The notes beneath the pieces were generated by a model that worked only from the letters and a program-made list of their open reading frames with translations, searched no databases and had not been told where the DNA came from. Positions 39,490 to 51,155 of a DNA stretch of 64,000 bases are shown piece after piece (the first letter of the stretch is position 1; the number at the start of each line of letters is the position of its first letter). This DNA is from Octopus sinensis. Its lineage: Eukaryota. The position numbers and the translations under genes are program-made. The stretch covers positions 30,752,001 to 30,816,000 of the forward strand of contig NC_043017.1 in the NCBI RefSeq assembly GCF_006345805.1. The letters are read 5' to 3'.

Positions 39490-39745
39490 TAGAGGCGCGT
39501 GGCTTAGTGGTTAGAGTGTCAGCACCATGATCGTAAGATTGTGGTTTCAAATTCTGGACTGGGCGACGCGTTGTATTCTTGAGCAAAACACTTCATTTCA
39601 CGTTGCTCCAGTCCTCTCAGCTGGCAAAAATTAGTAACGCTACGATGAACTGGCGTCCCGTCCAGCTGGGGAACACATACGCCATTGAAATCGGGAAACC
39701 GGCCCCATGAGGCTGGTTAGGCTTTAAAAGGGCGCATTTATTTCA
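39490..39745 (+). mobile_element. tRNA-headed SINE (family C-related)
   Basis: GAGGCGCGTGGCTTAGTGGTTAG..TTGAGCAAAACACTTCATTTCACGTTGCTCCAG..ACTGGCGTCCCGTCCAG. Confidence 0.8.
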
Positions 39746-40095
39746 TTTTATATTCACTCAAATATTTGACTGGTTGAACGTCATCGATCCTGCTGTGCTG
39801 AGGAGCAGCGTTCATCTTTGACCACAGAGAATAGGAGAGCTGGAGAGCAACTACAGCATGCTGTTTGTTTATTTGTTCTATCCCCTACGTAAGCTCTGAG
39901 ATGGGGTCAAGTCAAATTGAAAAGGATCCTACTTATCCACCGCCTTTAAAATAAACAATAACAAAAACAACAAAAGCAAAAACAACAAAGAGCAACAACA
40001 AACAACAGCAACAAGAGCAGCAACAACAGATTCAGCATCAATAATAGCGATAACAACCTATAATATCCTATACTAACAATGAAAGCAACAACTAC

Positions 40096-40495
40096 ACTCC
40101 TTTACTTGTTTCAGTCATTTGACTGCGGCCATGCTGGAGCACTACCTTTAGTCGAGAAAATCGATCCCAGGACTTATTCTTTGTAAGCCCAGTAGTTATT
40201 CTGTCACTTTCTTTTGCCGAACCGGTAAGTTACGGGGACATAAACACACTAGCATCGGTTGTCAAGGGATGTTGGAGGGAACAAACACAGACACACCAAC
40301 ATACACACACACACACATAGATATATATGCATATCTGCGACGGGCTGCTTTCAGTTTCCGTCTACCAAATCCACTTACAATGATTTGGTCGGCCCGAGGC
40401 TTTAGTAGAAGACACTTGACTAAGGTGCCACGTAGTGGGACTGAACCCGGAACCATGTGGTTCGTAAGCAAGCTAATTTCCACACAGCCACTCCT
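40096..40495 (-). mobile_element. SINE family B, full length
   Basis: Reverse-complement match to other B copies. Confidence 0.88.
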
Positions 40496-41582
40496 AAGCC
40501 TTTTAATCAAAAGTAGAGAAAAAAGAGTACAACAAAAGTTACAAAGCAAGAGTAATATATGAAGAATTTGGCGTTGTAGATGGAATGGGATATAATTTCT
40601 TATAGACTATAGTCACATTCTGAGACTAGGTTAATTCTTGCAGCACATTTTGGTTATTCTCTTCCATCTCTCGGCAAATCCCTGCCGTTCAAGCGTTAAT
40701 GTTGAATTGGACTTGGTGATTAGGAAATTATCTAATTTCAACCAGTTTTCAATCTGTTTCATGCAACGCCTTACCATACGTCCATCAGACAATGGAAAAC
40801 TTCGCGTGCTCCCCGGCGCGAAAAAACAAATTTGATTTGTGATTATGGTAAACACGAGGATATTCAATCCGCTCGACATGATACCGAAAGCTCGGTAAGA
40901 TTAGAATAATATCTCATGGCACTTCAGTATCTTGATGTTATCCTAAGCTGCAATGGTTTCTGGTTGTACAATCAGATATTTCTCTCTAACTTGTCCTGAA
41001 TTCTAGGTTATTCAGTAAATCATCTCTACATCTGTCCAGCGTTATTCTATCAGAGACTTCTAATGTCAGATGTCAAGCAATATACTAAAACCAGGAAGCC
41101 ATTATAGATTTCGGCGTGTTCCGGTACTGCATTTCTGTTAAAGAAATTAACTGCAAGTAAGGCTGGGAAACCGTACCTACAACAGTTCAAAATCGCAGAT
41201 ATCTCTATGGAAACTAAAGACTCAGCGCACCCATCCGTCCTCTCCCAGCCAGAATAAGAAACCCAAACTCAGCGTGTGTTAATGTTAGATAGATCACCTG
41301 ATTAAGGGAAATTATCCATTGAAAAATAAAGAAACGAATATTAGTCGGGTATGAGAGCGGATCGAAAGGATGAAAGCCGACAGACGGGTAGAAATGAACA
41401 AGAAAAGTAGTTTTTGTATTCGCAACATAAAGGTTATCTTTTAATGGCATTATCGTTTCAGTTCATTTCTTGATCGAATTTGGACATCATAGAAATGATG
41501 TTATCTCAGTTCATAACAACATTAATGGTTCGCTAGAACTATATTGAAACACCTCATCATCATAGTAAACCCTGTTACTCAG

Positions 41583-41958
41583 AACGCTTGCCAGTCTGGA
41601 CAGGTATCGATTTGCAAGATTATCAACTTGTCCTGTCTAATCGCATCAAGGTTATCTGATTCACGTATATTATCCCAGACTTCTACTTCACAGATTGAAG
41701 GGGACGGAAACCCCGTCAACAACTCTCCCTTATGCAGCAAAATATCAGGCGAGAAAATTTTAGAAGCGAATTTCCTGAGGAATCAAGTGTGCGAATCGAA
41801 GAACGTTCTTTTCTGGGGAAGTGGAGCACTTGTACATTGGATTTATTTCGCTTCTGAAACAAAGACAAAACCGATTGTACTGAAAAGCTCAGTGAAGTGA
41901 CAAATGCGATGACATTGAAGAAATCGATTGATCCATTTAGAGCCGTGTTCCCGGCAAG
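41583..41958 (+). pseudogene. Degenerate CUB-like exon (CTCAG..GTAATG)
   Basis: SNRIKVI*FT / QIEGDGNPVNNSPLCSKISG..WIYFASE. Confidence 0.4.
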
Positions 41959-42207
41959 GTAATGCCCAAGATAAGAGAAGAATTCAATACATCTTACTGG
42001 ACGTAAACCTACATAGAAATAAGTAGTAATGAGTGTACATGCGTTTCTGAGTATAGTACGATTGATAATACCCACTTTTAGATAAAACTCTTTGCTCATG
42101 TTTAATTCATTTAAAATAAATCAGTCATATATGCGTTCTATACTTTAAGCATCATAGTCTTCTGGACATAATGTAGACCAACTATTGTGCTTGCAATATG
42201 TTCTTAG

Positions 42208-42530
42208 GTACAAACACGTACCCTAGCCTCACCCTAGACATCCAGAATATCTTTCCTGTAATGGCACATTAGCTATGAAGAATTCTTGTTTCAGGCTGAT
42301 GATCACTTATCAATCGAATTCAATCTCCATTGCCTATATGTGATTGTTATACATATATACATTTTCTGGGAGGGACATTACTCACAGGAATTCACCTAGT
42401 GCGGTAGTTAAGATAACCTTATTTTTCTTTCTCATTCTCACTACATCGTACACTAATCTGTGTGCGTATTGCTTTTAGCTGGCTTCTTAATTTGACATTG
42501 ACGAAACGGATGCCACTGAGGTTTCTTACG
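42208..42530 (+). pseudogene. Degenerate CUB-like segment
   Basis: TTCTTAG acceptor; LASP / HPEYLSC / LSIEFNLHCLYVIVIHIY. Confidence 0.3.
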
Positions 42531-43838
42531 AAGTAACTCGCGCATTGCTACAACAATGGCAACTTTTGAGTATTGACGTTATAGAAAGAATGAAGTATAA
42601 ACAGAGAACGAAAAAAAACATGGAATGGTAATATGGAAAAATATTTAATAAGAAGAAACACAGTGAAAACGAGATTAATACATGTAAACATAACCTGCTG
42701 GTTTTATTACGACCTTTGTTGGAATAACGCTGTACAGGAGAATGCTTGAAAGATGTTTAACAAAAGAATTTAATTCCAATTAACAGGAGCATTATGGCTT
42801 TGGAGACATAAGCAACATCCTTAAATTTGATAAGAACACAAAGAAGCAATAAAGAGAACTCTTCAGCTAAAATGAAGGAAAAAATATTGAAAAGGCAAAG
42901 AGACCGAAAAACAAAAATGGTGTTTGTATAATGATGATGATGAACTCTGTGATTTAATAATGGAAAATGTCAGTTTATCCATAATACAGGAGCTGGAAGG
43001 AAAGAAAAATGACTATAAGAGAATGAATTGCAGATAATAACATTATGGAATATATCAACTCAACGTGACAAACAAACAATCCAGAAAATGCCATTGAATC
43101 GGCAGCGGATTTTGTAAAAAGTTGAGTGAAGAATAATTCAGTTAATATTAATGAGGATCAAACTTTCAAAGACTGCTTTAAAAAATTTTATAGAAAGTGA
43201 AAATTAAGAATAAAATGTGGAAATAAAGAAATATTTGAATATTAAAAAAAGAAATGTCGAGTGCAAGATAAATTACAATGTGATAGGAGTGAGGGAGAAA
43301 GGAGAAATTAAGACTGAGGCTAATTAAAAACACAAATTATTATCTGGAATAGAAAACAGTAAAATACAATAACATGAAACAGAATATGGACCTCGATCAT
43401 CTTCGACGATGTGTATTTATTTGTTCGATAAATTAAACTATCTGCTCATTAAAAGAAACAGTATGTGGCTGTGTATTCCGCAGACAGGTAATTATCTAGC
43501 GTAACCAGCGTGTGAGGTGCGATCCATCTAAAGGGCACACACACAGCTACTCCTCAAAAGCAATTTCGGTAAAATCCTGGGCGAAGTTGAGTCATTGACA
43601 AACGACACGACACACCAGGGGACTGATTATGGATATCTTGATTCTGGTCGAACTGTATCGACAGGTAAAGAATAAAGTATAAAGTGAATAACACTTCTGA
43701 AATCGATTGATCTTACTGTTAGAAAAATGATGACACCGTGTGAGTGTCATCACTTTTGTCTTTGTCTTTGGATAGCAACTGTTATTTCTTATATGATTAC
43801 ATCAAGAAAATATGAAAAATTGCTAATATTTCCTTCAG

Positions 43839-44140
43839 ACTTTGCTTTTATTAAATTTGTTCCAACCCCAAAGAATCCCTCGGAACATATGGCTATGATG
43901 CCCCCTCCCCACGCACTACTCCTCATAAGAGATGTACATATCGTCAGTCACTAAGTGATATTATCAAGTGGGTAAGGTCGAGCAACTGAGAATCAATTCT
44001 GTGCTATTGAGCAGAATATTTGCTATACCGATATTTCTGCTTCAACGATTCAGTGATGATTCTGTCTGAAATGTAATCGAAAAACGGTCGTTTTCAAAAT
44101 ATTGATTTCTGTGTCACTAAAGTAAAGTTTGAAGAGAAAG
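43839..44140 (+). pseudogene. Degenerate CUB-like segment
   Basis: TTCCTTCAG acceptor; PHKRCTYR / GKVEQLRINS / AIEQNICYTDIS. Confidence 0.35.
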
Positions 44141-44537
44141 GTAGACAATTTTGTTACACAGTGTAATGAGGATAATAATGTGGAAGATAAAGAGAGACGA
44201 CGTATAAGGTAGCGAAATAGGGGAGTAGAGACAGTACGGTGGTAATTATGAAATGTGTAGAATCATATTTTTAACATTTCATTGTAAGTCAATTTCACAT
44301 AAGAATATGGATCGGGAACAATGTGTTAACTGTATTATTGTCAACCTAAAAAAGAGCATCGCTGGCATGGTTTGGCAAATTGTGGGCAGCAACTTCAAAA
44401 ACAAACGCTGAACCCTGCTGAGGTGAACAGGGAAGGGCAGGAACTTTGAGAGCTAGATTTGATTGGTTTCTGAACAAAGTTGTGCGAACACACAACCGGT
44501 CGATTAGGGGGTCGTGGCCCTCATCATTGTAGTATTA

Positions 44538-44653
44538 GGAGCAGCAGTAGTTGCAACAGTAGTAGCAGCATCCTGAGTAAAAACAGCAGCAGTAGCAATA
44601 GCTGTAGCAGCAGCAGCGGCAGTAGTAGTAGTAGCAGTAGTAGTGGCAACAGC

Positions 44654-44689
<36 letters not shown>

Positions 44690-44775
44690 CTCAGTAAAAA
44701 TAGCAGTAGTAGTAGTATTTGCAGCAGCAGAAGCAGCAGTAGTAGTAGTAGTATTAGTAGTAGTAGTAGTAGTAA
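44538..44775. repeat. Compound (AGC)n/(AGT)n trinucleotide repeat
   Basis: Direct reading. Confidence 0.95.
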
Positions 44776-45199
44776 ATTAATACTCAACCGTCGTGGTTTC
44801 TACAACTTGCACCTGAATATGTTTGCATATTGCACAAGAATGGTAGAATCCCTGTCTATACGATAGCATTCTGTGGAACCAGAAATATCTCTGGAACAAA
44901 TCTGCTGCTTCATCTTTGTGAGTACACACATTCAGTTGACTCGACGCTTGTCATTACATTTAACATAACTGTGTAATGATAACTCCCGCTTTTCGACGTT
45001 CTTTTCCGTGACTTTCATTTTCTCATTTCGTTTTCATTATTTCGATTGAATTAACAAAACTACTCATTTTTGTGGGATATAATCAACTTCTATTGTTGTC
45101 AGTTTGCGACATCACTCAACCCCCGCTACGATATTGTTGTTTTCGTATTTAGTCCATTCGGTATTTCTCTTTCGAGGTTGTTTTTATACCTACTTTACA

Positions 45200-45438
45200 T
45201 ATACCTATTTCTTTATTAACCACAAGGAGCTATACACAGAGGGGACAAACAAGGACAGACAAACGGATTGAGTCGATTATATCCACCCCACTGCACAACT
45301 GGTACTTATTTAATCGACCCCGAATGATGAAAGGCAAAGTCGACCAAGGCGGAATTTGAACTCAGAACGTAGCGGCAGACGAAATAACACTAAGCATTTC
45401 GTCCAGCGTGCTAACGATTCTGACAGCTCGCCGCCTTA
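45200..45438 (-). mobile_element. SINE family A
   Basis: Reverse-complement match. Confidence 0.85.
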
Positions 45439-45927
45439 CATATACCATCGTAGTTATGGTTAGAAATTGCCATACCTATGTCTGAAGATGCTCGAATACA
45501 TATTGTTGGACAGACCATTCTGAATCTGTCTGTGTTTAAAATGGAAGTTAATAGGAATTTGGGTTTCATATTACACAATTCCGTATTGTGTTAGAGTAGC
45601 ATGGGATTCAAACATATTTATTTTTTCAGTGGGATATGAAATTGTGACATTTTTTTCTTAGTCACTTATGTACTTTCTCTCGTACTGTGTTCTTCATAAA
45701 AGAGTTACCGATACCGATAAATTCTTTTGCAATAAATATTGGTGATAAAATATTAAAAATAGTTTTTTGTTTCCTTCCAAAAACGGGTGGGGCAAATATT
45801 TTTCTGAAAAGTTATAATGGAGCATTAAGGAAATTAGGGTGGCAAACACTTATACAGAATTATCAAAGAAAGATATTTTTTTTCAATAAGCCCATAGCCT
45901 GAAAATTTGGGTGAGTTGGCTAGTCGA

Positions 45928-46075
45928 TTGGTTCGACCCCAGCATTCAGCTGATACTTATTTTATCGAGCCCGAAATTATAGAAGGCTGAATTTGAACTC
46001 AGAACGTAAAGACGGACGAAATACTGCTAAATATTTTGCCCGGCGTGCTAACGATCCTGCCAGTTTACCGCCCTT
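45928..46075 (-). mobile_element. SINE family A, internally deleted and older copy
   Basis: GGGCGGTAAACTGGCAGGATCGTTAGCACGCCGGGC..GAGTTCAAATTC. Confidence 0.7.
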
Positions 46076-46939
46076 GATACATGTATAATTGATAACTTTC
46101 ATCATATGGGTCTATATATATAATGCATCATATGATTTGAGGAAGATTCAGCTTTTCGTTCTAACAAGTGAATCGAAAGTCTAAGAGTTCCAGCTTAAAG
46201 AAGCATTATATCAGTTCTGAATATTACAAATAACCAAAGATTCTTTGAGTGGAAATACATCTCGATAAAGAACTTTATATATGAAACAAAAACCTATGAG
46301 GTAGTGCCAGTATGTCATTATGTTCAGGAATTGTCCCTGAGCCATTATAAATGTTTCCCTAAAAGCCATTTGACAAATTAACAATTAATTTGGATATTTT
46401 GCTTTCCTTTCTTTCGATTTCCATCTATCTCTCTGTTTTCAGGTTTCATCTATTCGACACGAAGTACTTTGTTTTACTTCCCTTTTATTTATGTAACGCC
46501 TGATTAAACATATTTCTTTATCCTACAACTCAAATCTGCTACATACTACGGATGAGTGAACATTATTATTTATTTATCTCACCGTAGAAGCGAGATAAAT
46601 TAGGTTCAAACATAAAATGTCAGCGGTTTTTTCTCCATTCTCTTCTGGTTTCATTAGATTTATTTTTGGCCAATTTTTTTCTCTTTAGCTTCTTATTTCA
46701 TTAAACTCCTTCGTGTGATCATCATAACCAACATAATAACCAGCACCATCCTCATCATCACCATCATCGTTATCTCTGTCTTCTTCTGCTTTTCCTCCTC
46801 TTCCACCTCTTCCACATCCTCATACTCCCTCTAGTTAATCATCTAAATCTTGCCAAGTTTTATATTTTAAACTCTCTATTCTTCATTATTTTTACCATCG
46901 TAATCATCTTCCTTCTTTCCTTGTTCTTCAACAATGTAG

Positions 46940-47154
46940 ACCACCAAAATACTGGTACCTTCCTTGTCAAGCAACATTGCACAACATTTAGCGTTCAATC
47001 CCTAATGATGTTTAATAATGAGTATAATTCAAAGACAATAGAGTAAGAACTAACGAGGTTCATTTCGTTTTACTTTGAAAAGGAAAGCATAATATGCTGG
47101 TCAATCTATTCTGGGGTAAACTGTCGTAAAGTTGGGAAGCTCATGGCTGGATAA
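46940..47154 (+). pseudogene. Degenerate CUB-like exon
   Basis: Single frame: E*ELTRFISFYFEKESIICWSIYSGVNCRKVGKLMAG* (F.SF.LE...C...IY.G....GKL.G). Confidence 0.5.
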
Positions 47155-47539
47155 AAGCAGTGTATGATCAAGAATGACATAGACAACAACTCACAGCAAA
47201 AACAAAGTCTACATCACCCAGATATGTAAATTAGATACATGAATAAAATGAAATTGTACTCTCGTTAACAATTACATTTAATTGAATGTCTACTCACACA
47301 GTTTTCTTGCTATACTAGAAATCAGAGCTATAGTTACGACAAATCAAACATTCAATTTTTAAAGAAAGGAGAATCACGTTTAATAAAACAGTTTTACAAA
47401 ATTTCTATTTTCCCCTTTTATGTCTTATTTGCCTATTTCTAGACAGCAATAGAAATTAATACTATTCCTTTCCAACTTTGCTTTTGTGACAAATACGTCA
47501 ATATTTTGAAAATGCCCCTTATCCCATTACATTTAAGGC

Positions 47540-47730
47540 AGATTCAGCGCTGAGTTGCTGAGGCAGAAATATCGTTATAGAAAATATTGTACTCAGTATC
47601 ACAAACCTACTTGTCAGTTTCCCGACCTCAACCACTGTGGCTGAAAATATGTGCATCTCTAATGATGAGCAGGAGTAATATGGGAGCATCACAGCCTTGT
47701 GTTGAGAGGGATTCTTTGCGGGTTTGAAAG
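47540..47730 (+). mobile_element. Family D repeat fragment
   Basis: Homologous to 19100-19265. Confidence 0.55.
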
Positions 47731-48110
47731 AATGCTAACAAAAGTGAAGTGTGAGATAAATATTAGCCATGTCCCATACTTTCTAGGGATAAACAAGTAG
47801 GAAATAACAGTTGATACCCAAGGGCAAAGATCCTGTTGTACAGTGTAGTCTACACTGACATCTCAAATGTATATAGTGAACATCATATCTGAAAGTTTTA
47901 ATTTTTGAAAAAAATTATAAACTTAATTATGTAATTCTGTATTCAGTAGGCATGTTTTGTGAAGCTATTAAAGATTTAGGTCATTCAGGAACCATACTAA
48001 CGGGTAGCGTCCCCAGAAATATAACGGTTAATTGAGGGTCTCTATATAGACTTGAGATATCTGTATATTGTCTAGCAAGCAATCTCACTCCCTTTCTCTT
48101 TCTCTCTGTC

Positions 48111-48167
<57 letters not shown>

Positions 48168-48191
48168 ATATATACATATATATATACATAC

Positions 48192-48442
48192 ATACAATAA
48201 GAGGCTTCCAAATAGGAAAGCGTTGTGCTAGAAAGAGCAGTAGAAATCTCAAAGACTACAAAAAAGGATAAATTCTCGAAAGGAATGAACATTAAAAACG
48301 TTTACCATCTCAACTTTGAATTGAGATGGTAAACGGTTTTAATTTTTATTCCTTTCGAGAATTTATCCTTTTTTGTGGTTTTTGAGATTCCTACATCTCT
48401 TTCTAGCACAACGCTTTCCTCTTTGGAAGCCTCTTATTGTAT
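48192..48442. repeat. ~250-bp imperfect palindrome in (TA)n with ~90-nt right-side tail
   Basis: Centre GTTTACCATCTCAA-ctttgaa-TTGAGATGGTAAAC; outer 21-bp perfect pair 48192-48212/48422-48442. Confidence 0.9.
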
Positions 48443-48821
48443 TTCTATATGAATAATAATATAGTCTAATGACTAATTCGTTTTTTTTTGCGCTAGGCCA
48501 CTGGTAATAATAATTTATTATTACCATATTTATTATGTTTAAATATATACATATATACATGTATATATACATATATATATATATGTTTATATGTATATAT
48601 ATATATATATAATGATAAATATCAATGTGAGTTATATACAGTAGCGGTAACACAACGTGACGTATTTTTGCCATTTCAATATGGCTAACCCCTAAGGGTG
48701 GATGCTACTATAGTTTTTAGCCCCAGGAGGACACACTCCTCCAGCTGGCCATAGACACAATTTCTGTGTCCTGTCAGTATTTGCAAAGGGAAGTCATCCT
48801 TCCCGTCTTCAACTTATGATA

Positions 48822-48866
48822 CACACGGACTCGAGTTTCGAGGTATTGACCTCTCGTCAGCGTGTG
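48822..48866 (-). ncRNA. Type I hammerhead ribozyme (GUC), unit 1
   Basis: CACACG CTGACGA GAGGT-CAAT-ACCTC GAAAC TCGA GTC CGTGTG. Confidence 0.92.
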
Positions 48867-49174
48867 ACAATCATAGTTGTCGCCGAGAATTAGATTTCCT
48901 TCACAAATACTTATACTTTTTCCAGCGTCCACTGTCGCTGATATTGAAAAAGTGAAATCCAACAATGATAAATATCAATGTGAGTTATATACAGTAGCGG
49001 TAACACAACGTGACGTATTTTTGCCATTTCAATATGGCTAACCCCTAAGGGTGGATGCTACTGTAGTTTTTAGCCCCAGGAGGACACACTCCTCCAGCTG
49101 GCCATAGACACACTTTCTGTGTCCTGTCAGTATTTGCAAAGGCAAGTCATCCTTCCCGTCTTCAACTTATGATA

Positions 49175-49219
49175 CACACGGACTCGAGTTTCGAGGTATT
49201 GACCTCTCGTCAGCGTGTG
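49175..49219 (-). ncRNA. Type I hammerhead ribozyme (GUC), unit 2
   Basis: Identical to unit 1. Confidence 0.92.
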
Positions 49220-49523
49220 ACAATCATAGTTGTCGCCGAGAATTAGATTTCCTCACAAATACTTATACTTTTTCCAGCGTCCACTGTCGCTGATATTGAA
49301 AAAGTGAATCCAACAATGATAAATATCAATGTGAGTTAATACAGTAGCGGTAACACAACGTGACGTATTTTTGCCATTTCAATATGGCTAACCCCTAAGG
49401 GTGGATGCTACTGTAGTTTTTAGCCCCAGGAGGACACACTCCTCCAGCTGGCCATAGACACACTTTCTGTGTTCTGTCAGTATTTGCAAGGGAAGTCATC
49501 CTTCCCGTCTTCAACTTATGATA

Positions 49524-49567
49524 CACACGGACTCGAGTTTCGAGTATTGACCTCTCGTCAGCGTGTG
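49524..49567 (-). ncRNA. Type I hammerhead ribozyme, unit 3 (1-nt deletion in stem II)
   Basis: As unit 1 but stem II 3' strand ACTC. Confidence 0.85.
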
Positions 49568-49873
49568 ACAATCATAGTTGTCGCCGAGAATTAGATTTCC
49601 TTCACAAATACTTATACTTTTTCCAGCGTCCACTGTCGCTGATATTGAAAAAGTGAAATCCAACAATGATAAATATCAATGTGAGTTATATACAGTCGGT
49701 AACACAACGTGACGTATTTTTGGCCATTTCAATATGGCTAACCCCTAAGGTGGATGCTACTGTAGTTTTTAGCCCCAGGAGGACACACTCCTCCAGCTGG
49801 CCATAGACACACTTTCTGTGTCCTGTCAGTATTTGCAAAGGCAAGTCATCCTTCCCGTCTTCAACTTATGATA

Positions 49874-49918
49874 CACACGGACTCGAGTTTCGAGGTATTG
49901 ACCTCTCGTCAGCGTGTG
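49874..49918 (-). ncRNA. Type I hammerhead ribozyme (GUC), unit 4
   Basis: Identical to unit 1. Confidence 0.92.
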
Positions 49919-50260
49919 ACAATCATAGTTGTCGCCGAGAATTAGATTTCCTTCACAAAAGTTGAAGACGGGAAGGATGACTTCCCTTTGCAAATACTGA
50001 CAGGAAACAGAAAGTGTGTCTATGGCCAGCTGGAGGAGTGTGTCCTCCTGGGGCTAAAAACTACAGTAGCATCCACTCTTAGGGGTTAGCCATATTGAAA
50101 TGGCAAAAATACGTCACGTCGTGTTACCGCTACTGTATATAACTCACATTGATATTTATCATTGTTGGATTTCACTTTTTCAATATCAGCGACAGTGGAC
50201 GCTGGAAAAAGTATAAGTATTTGTGAAGGAAATCTAATTCTCGGCGACAACTATGATTGT

Positions 50261-50305
50261 CACACGCTGACGAGAGGTCAATACCTCGAAACTCGAGTCC
50301 GTGTG
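50261..50305 (+). ncRNA. Type I hammerhead ribozyme (GUC), inverted unit
   Basis: CACACG CTGACGA GAGGTCAATACCTC GAAAC TCGA GTC CGTGTG; cut after C50299. Confidence 0.92.
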
Positions 50306-50838
50306 TATCATAAGTTGAAGACGGGAAGGATGACTTGCCTTTGCAAATACTGACAGGACACAGAAAGTGTGTCTATGGCCAGCTGGAGGAGTGTGTCCTC
50401 CTGGGGCTAAAAACTACAGTAGCATCCACCCTTAGGGGTTAGCCATATTGAAATGGCAAAAATACGTCACATATACATATATATATATATATATATATAC
50501 ATTCATATTTATATACGCACATACATACAGAGAACGAAAGCGACGTGATAACTATATCTGACATGCATTTGTTCACAGATCTGCTTCATTCTGGCATAAG
50601 TTGATGTTTATCAGCAACAACATTAACAACAGTATCCTAACAACATAGCATTTAATTAAAAATTTTCCAACTGGAAAATTTTAGATTAAATTATAATATA
50701 TGCATAAAAGAAGATGCAAGTAATAATAAATCATCAATATCCCATGATGTGAAGAAATTTCGTCTGCTTATTAAATAATTTTGAGAGAGTAAGTTGAGTT
50801 TATGTCGGCCATGTGTTCTGTTTACTTGTATTCATTAG

Positions 50839-51155
50839 TTTTCCTGATTCTGTCCAACACCAATTTGCATCAACTAGAGAATATGAGAATAAAAGGAGAA
50901 TCGATTGCTTGAATACTGCCCTTGGTCTATATGAGATTTGGCCCTGATATTTTAGAATAAACCACCTATAAACACAAGTATAAACGCAGAAGCTTACCAT
51001 CAGAAACCAGCCTTTATTCGAAGTACTTGCAAATTTTAATTCAATTGATGTTAGTGTTGCTATTGGTTTCTCGCCACCACCAGCCGCTGAACAGCCCTTT
51101 TAGAGAAAAGCTATAAAGGAAACGGTTCTAACATTACGAAAACTATATGTCTTGG
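50839..51155 (+). pseudogene. Degenerate CUB-like exon
   Basis: IDCLNTALGLYEIW / GPDILE..SLPSE / EVLANFNSIDVSVAIGFS; donor GG/GTAAAT. Confidence 0.4.

Larger units (their letters stand above)
48611..50470. mobile_element. Non-LTR retrozyme-like array: ~3.8 tandem ~350-nt units plus ~1.45 inverted units, one HHR per unit
   Basis: Units start at 48611, 48964, 49315 and 49665; inversion at 49959; (TA)n on both flanks; five hammerheads. Confidence 0.88.

Noticed and set aside
40746-40894. Open 149-nt candidate exon (CCAG..GTAAGA)
   Set aside because: Weak acceptor and unrecognisable peptide; within chance expectation
48774-50353. Duplicated 63-aa ORF MLDFTFSIS..
   Set aside because: Starts at TTG, is broken by indels in units 2 and 3, and overlaps the ribozyme; no domain similarity
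48611-50470. CRISPR array, plain satellite, or HDV-like ribozyme
   Set aside because: No repeat-spacer alternation; an HHR in every unit argues against an inert satellite; the GGCTAA motif has no matching P1/P2 partner for an HDV fold
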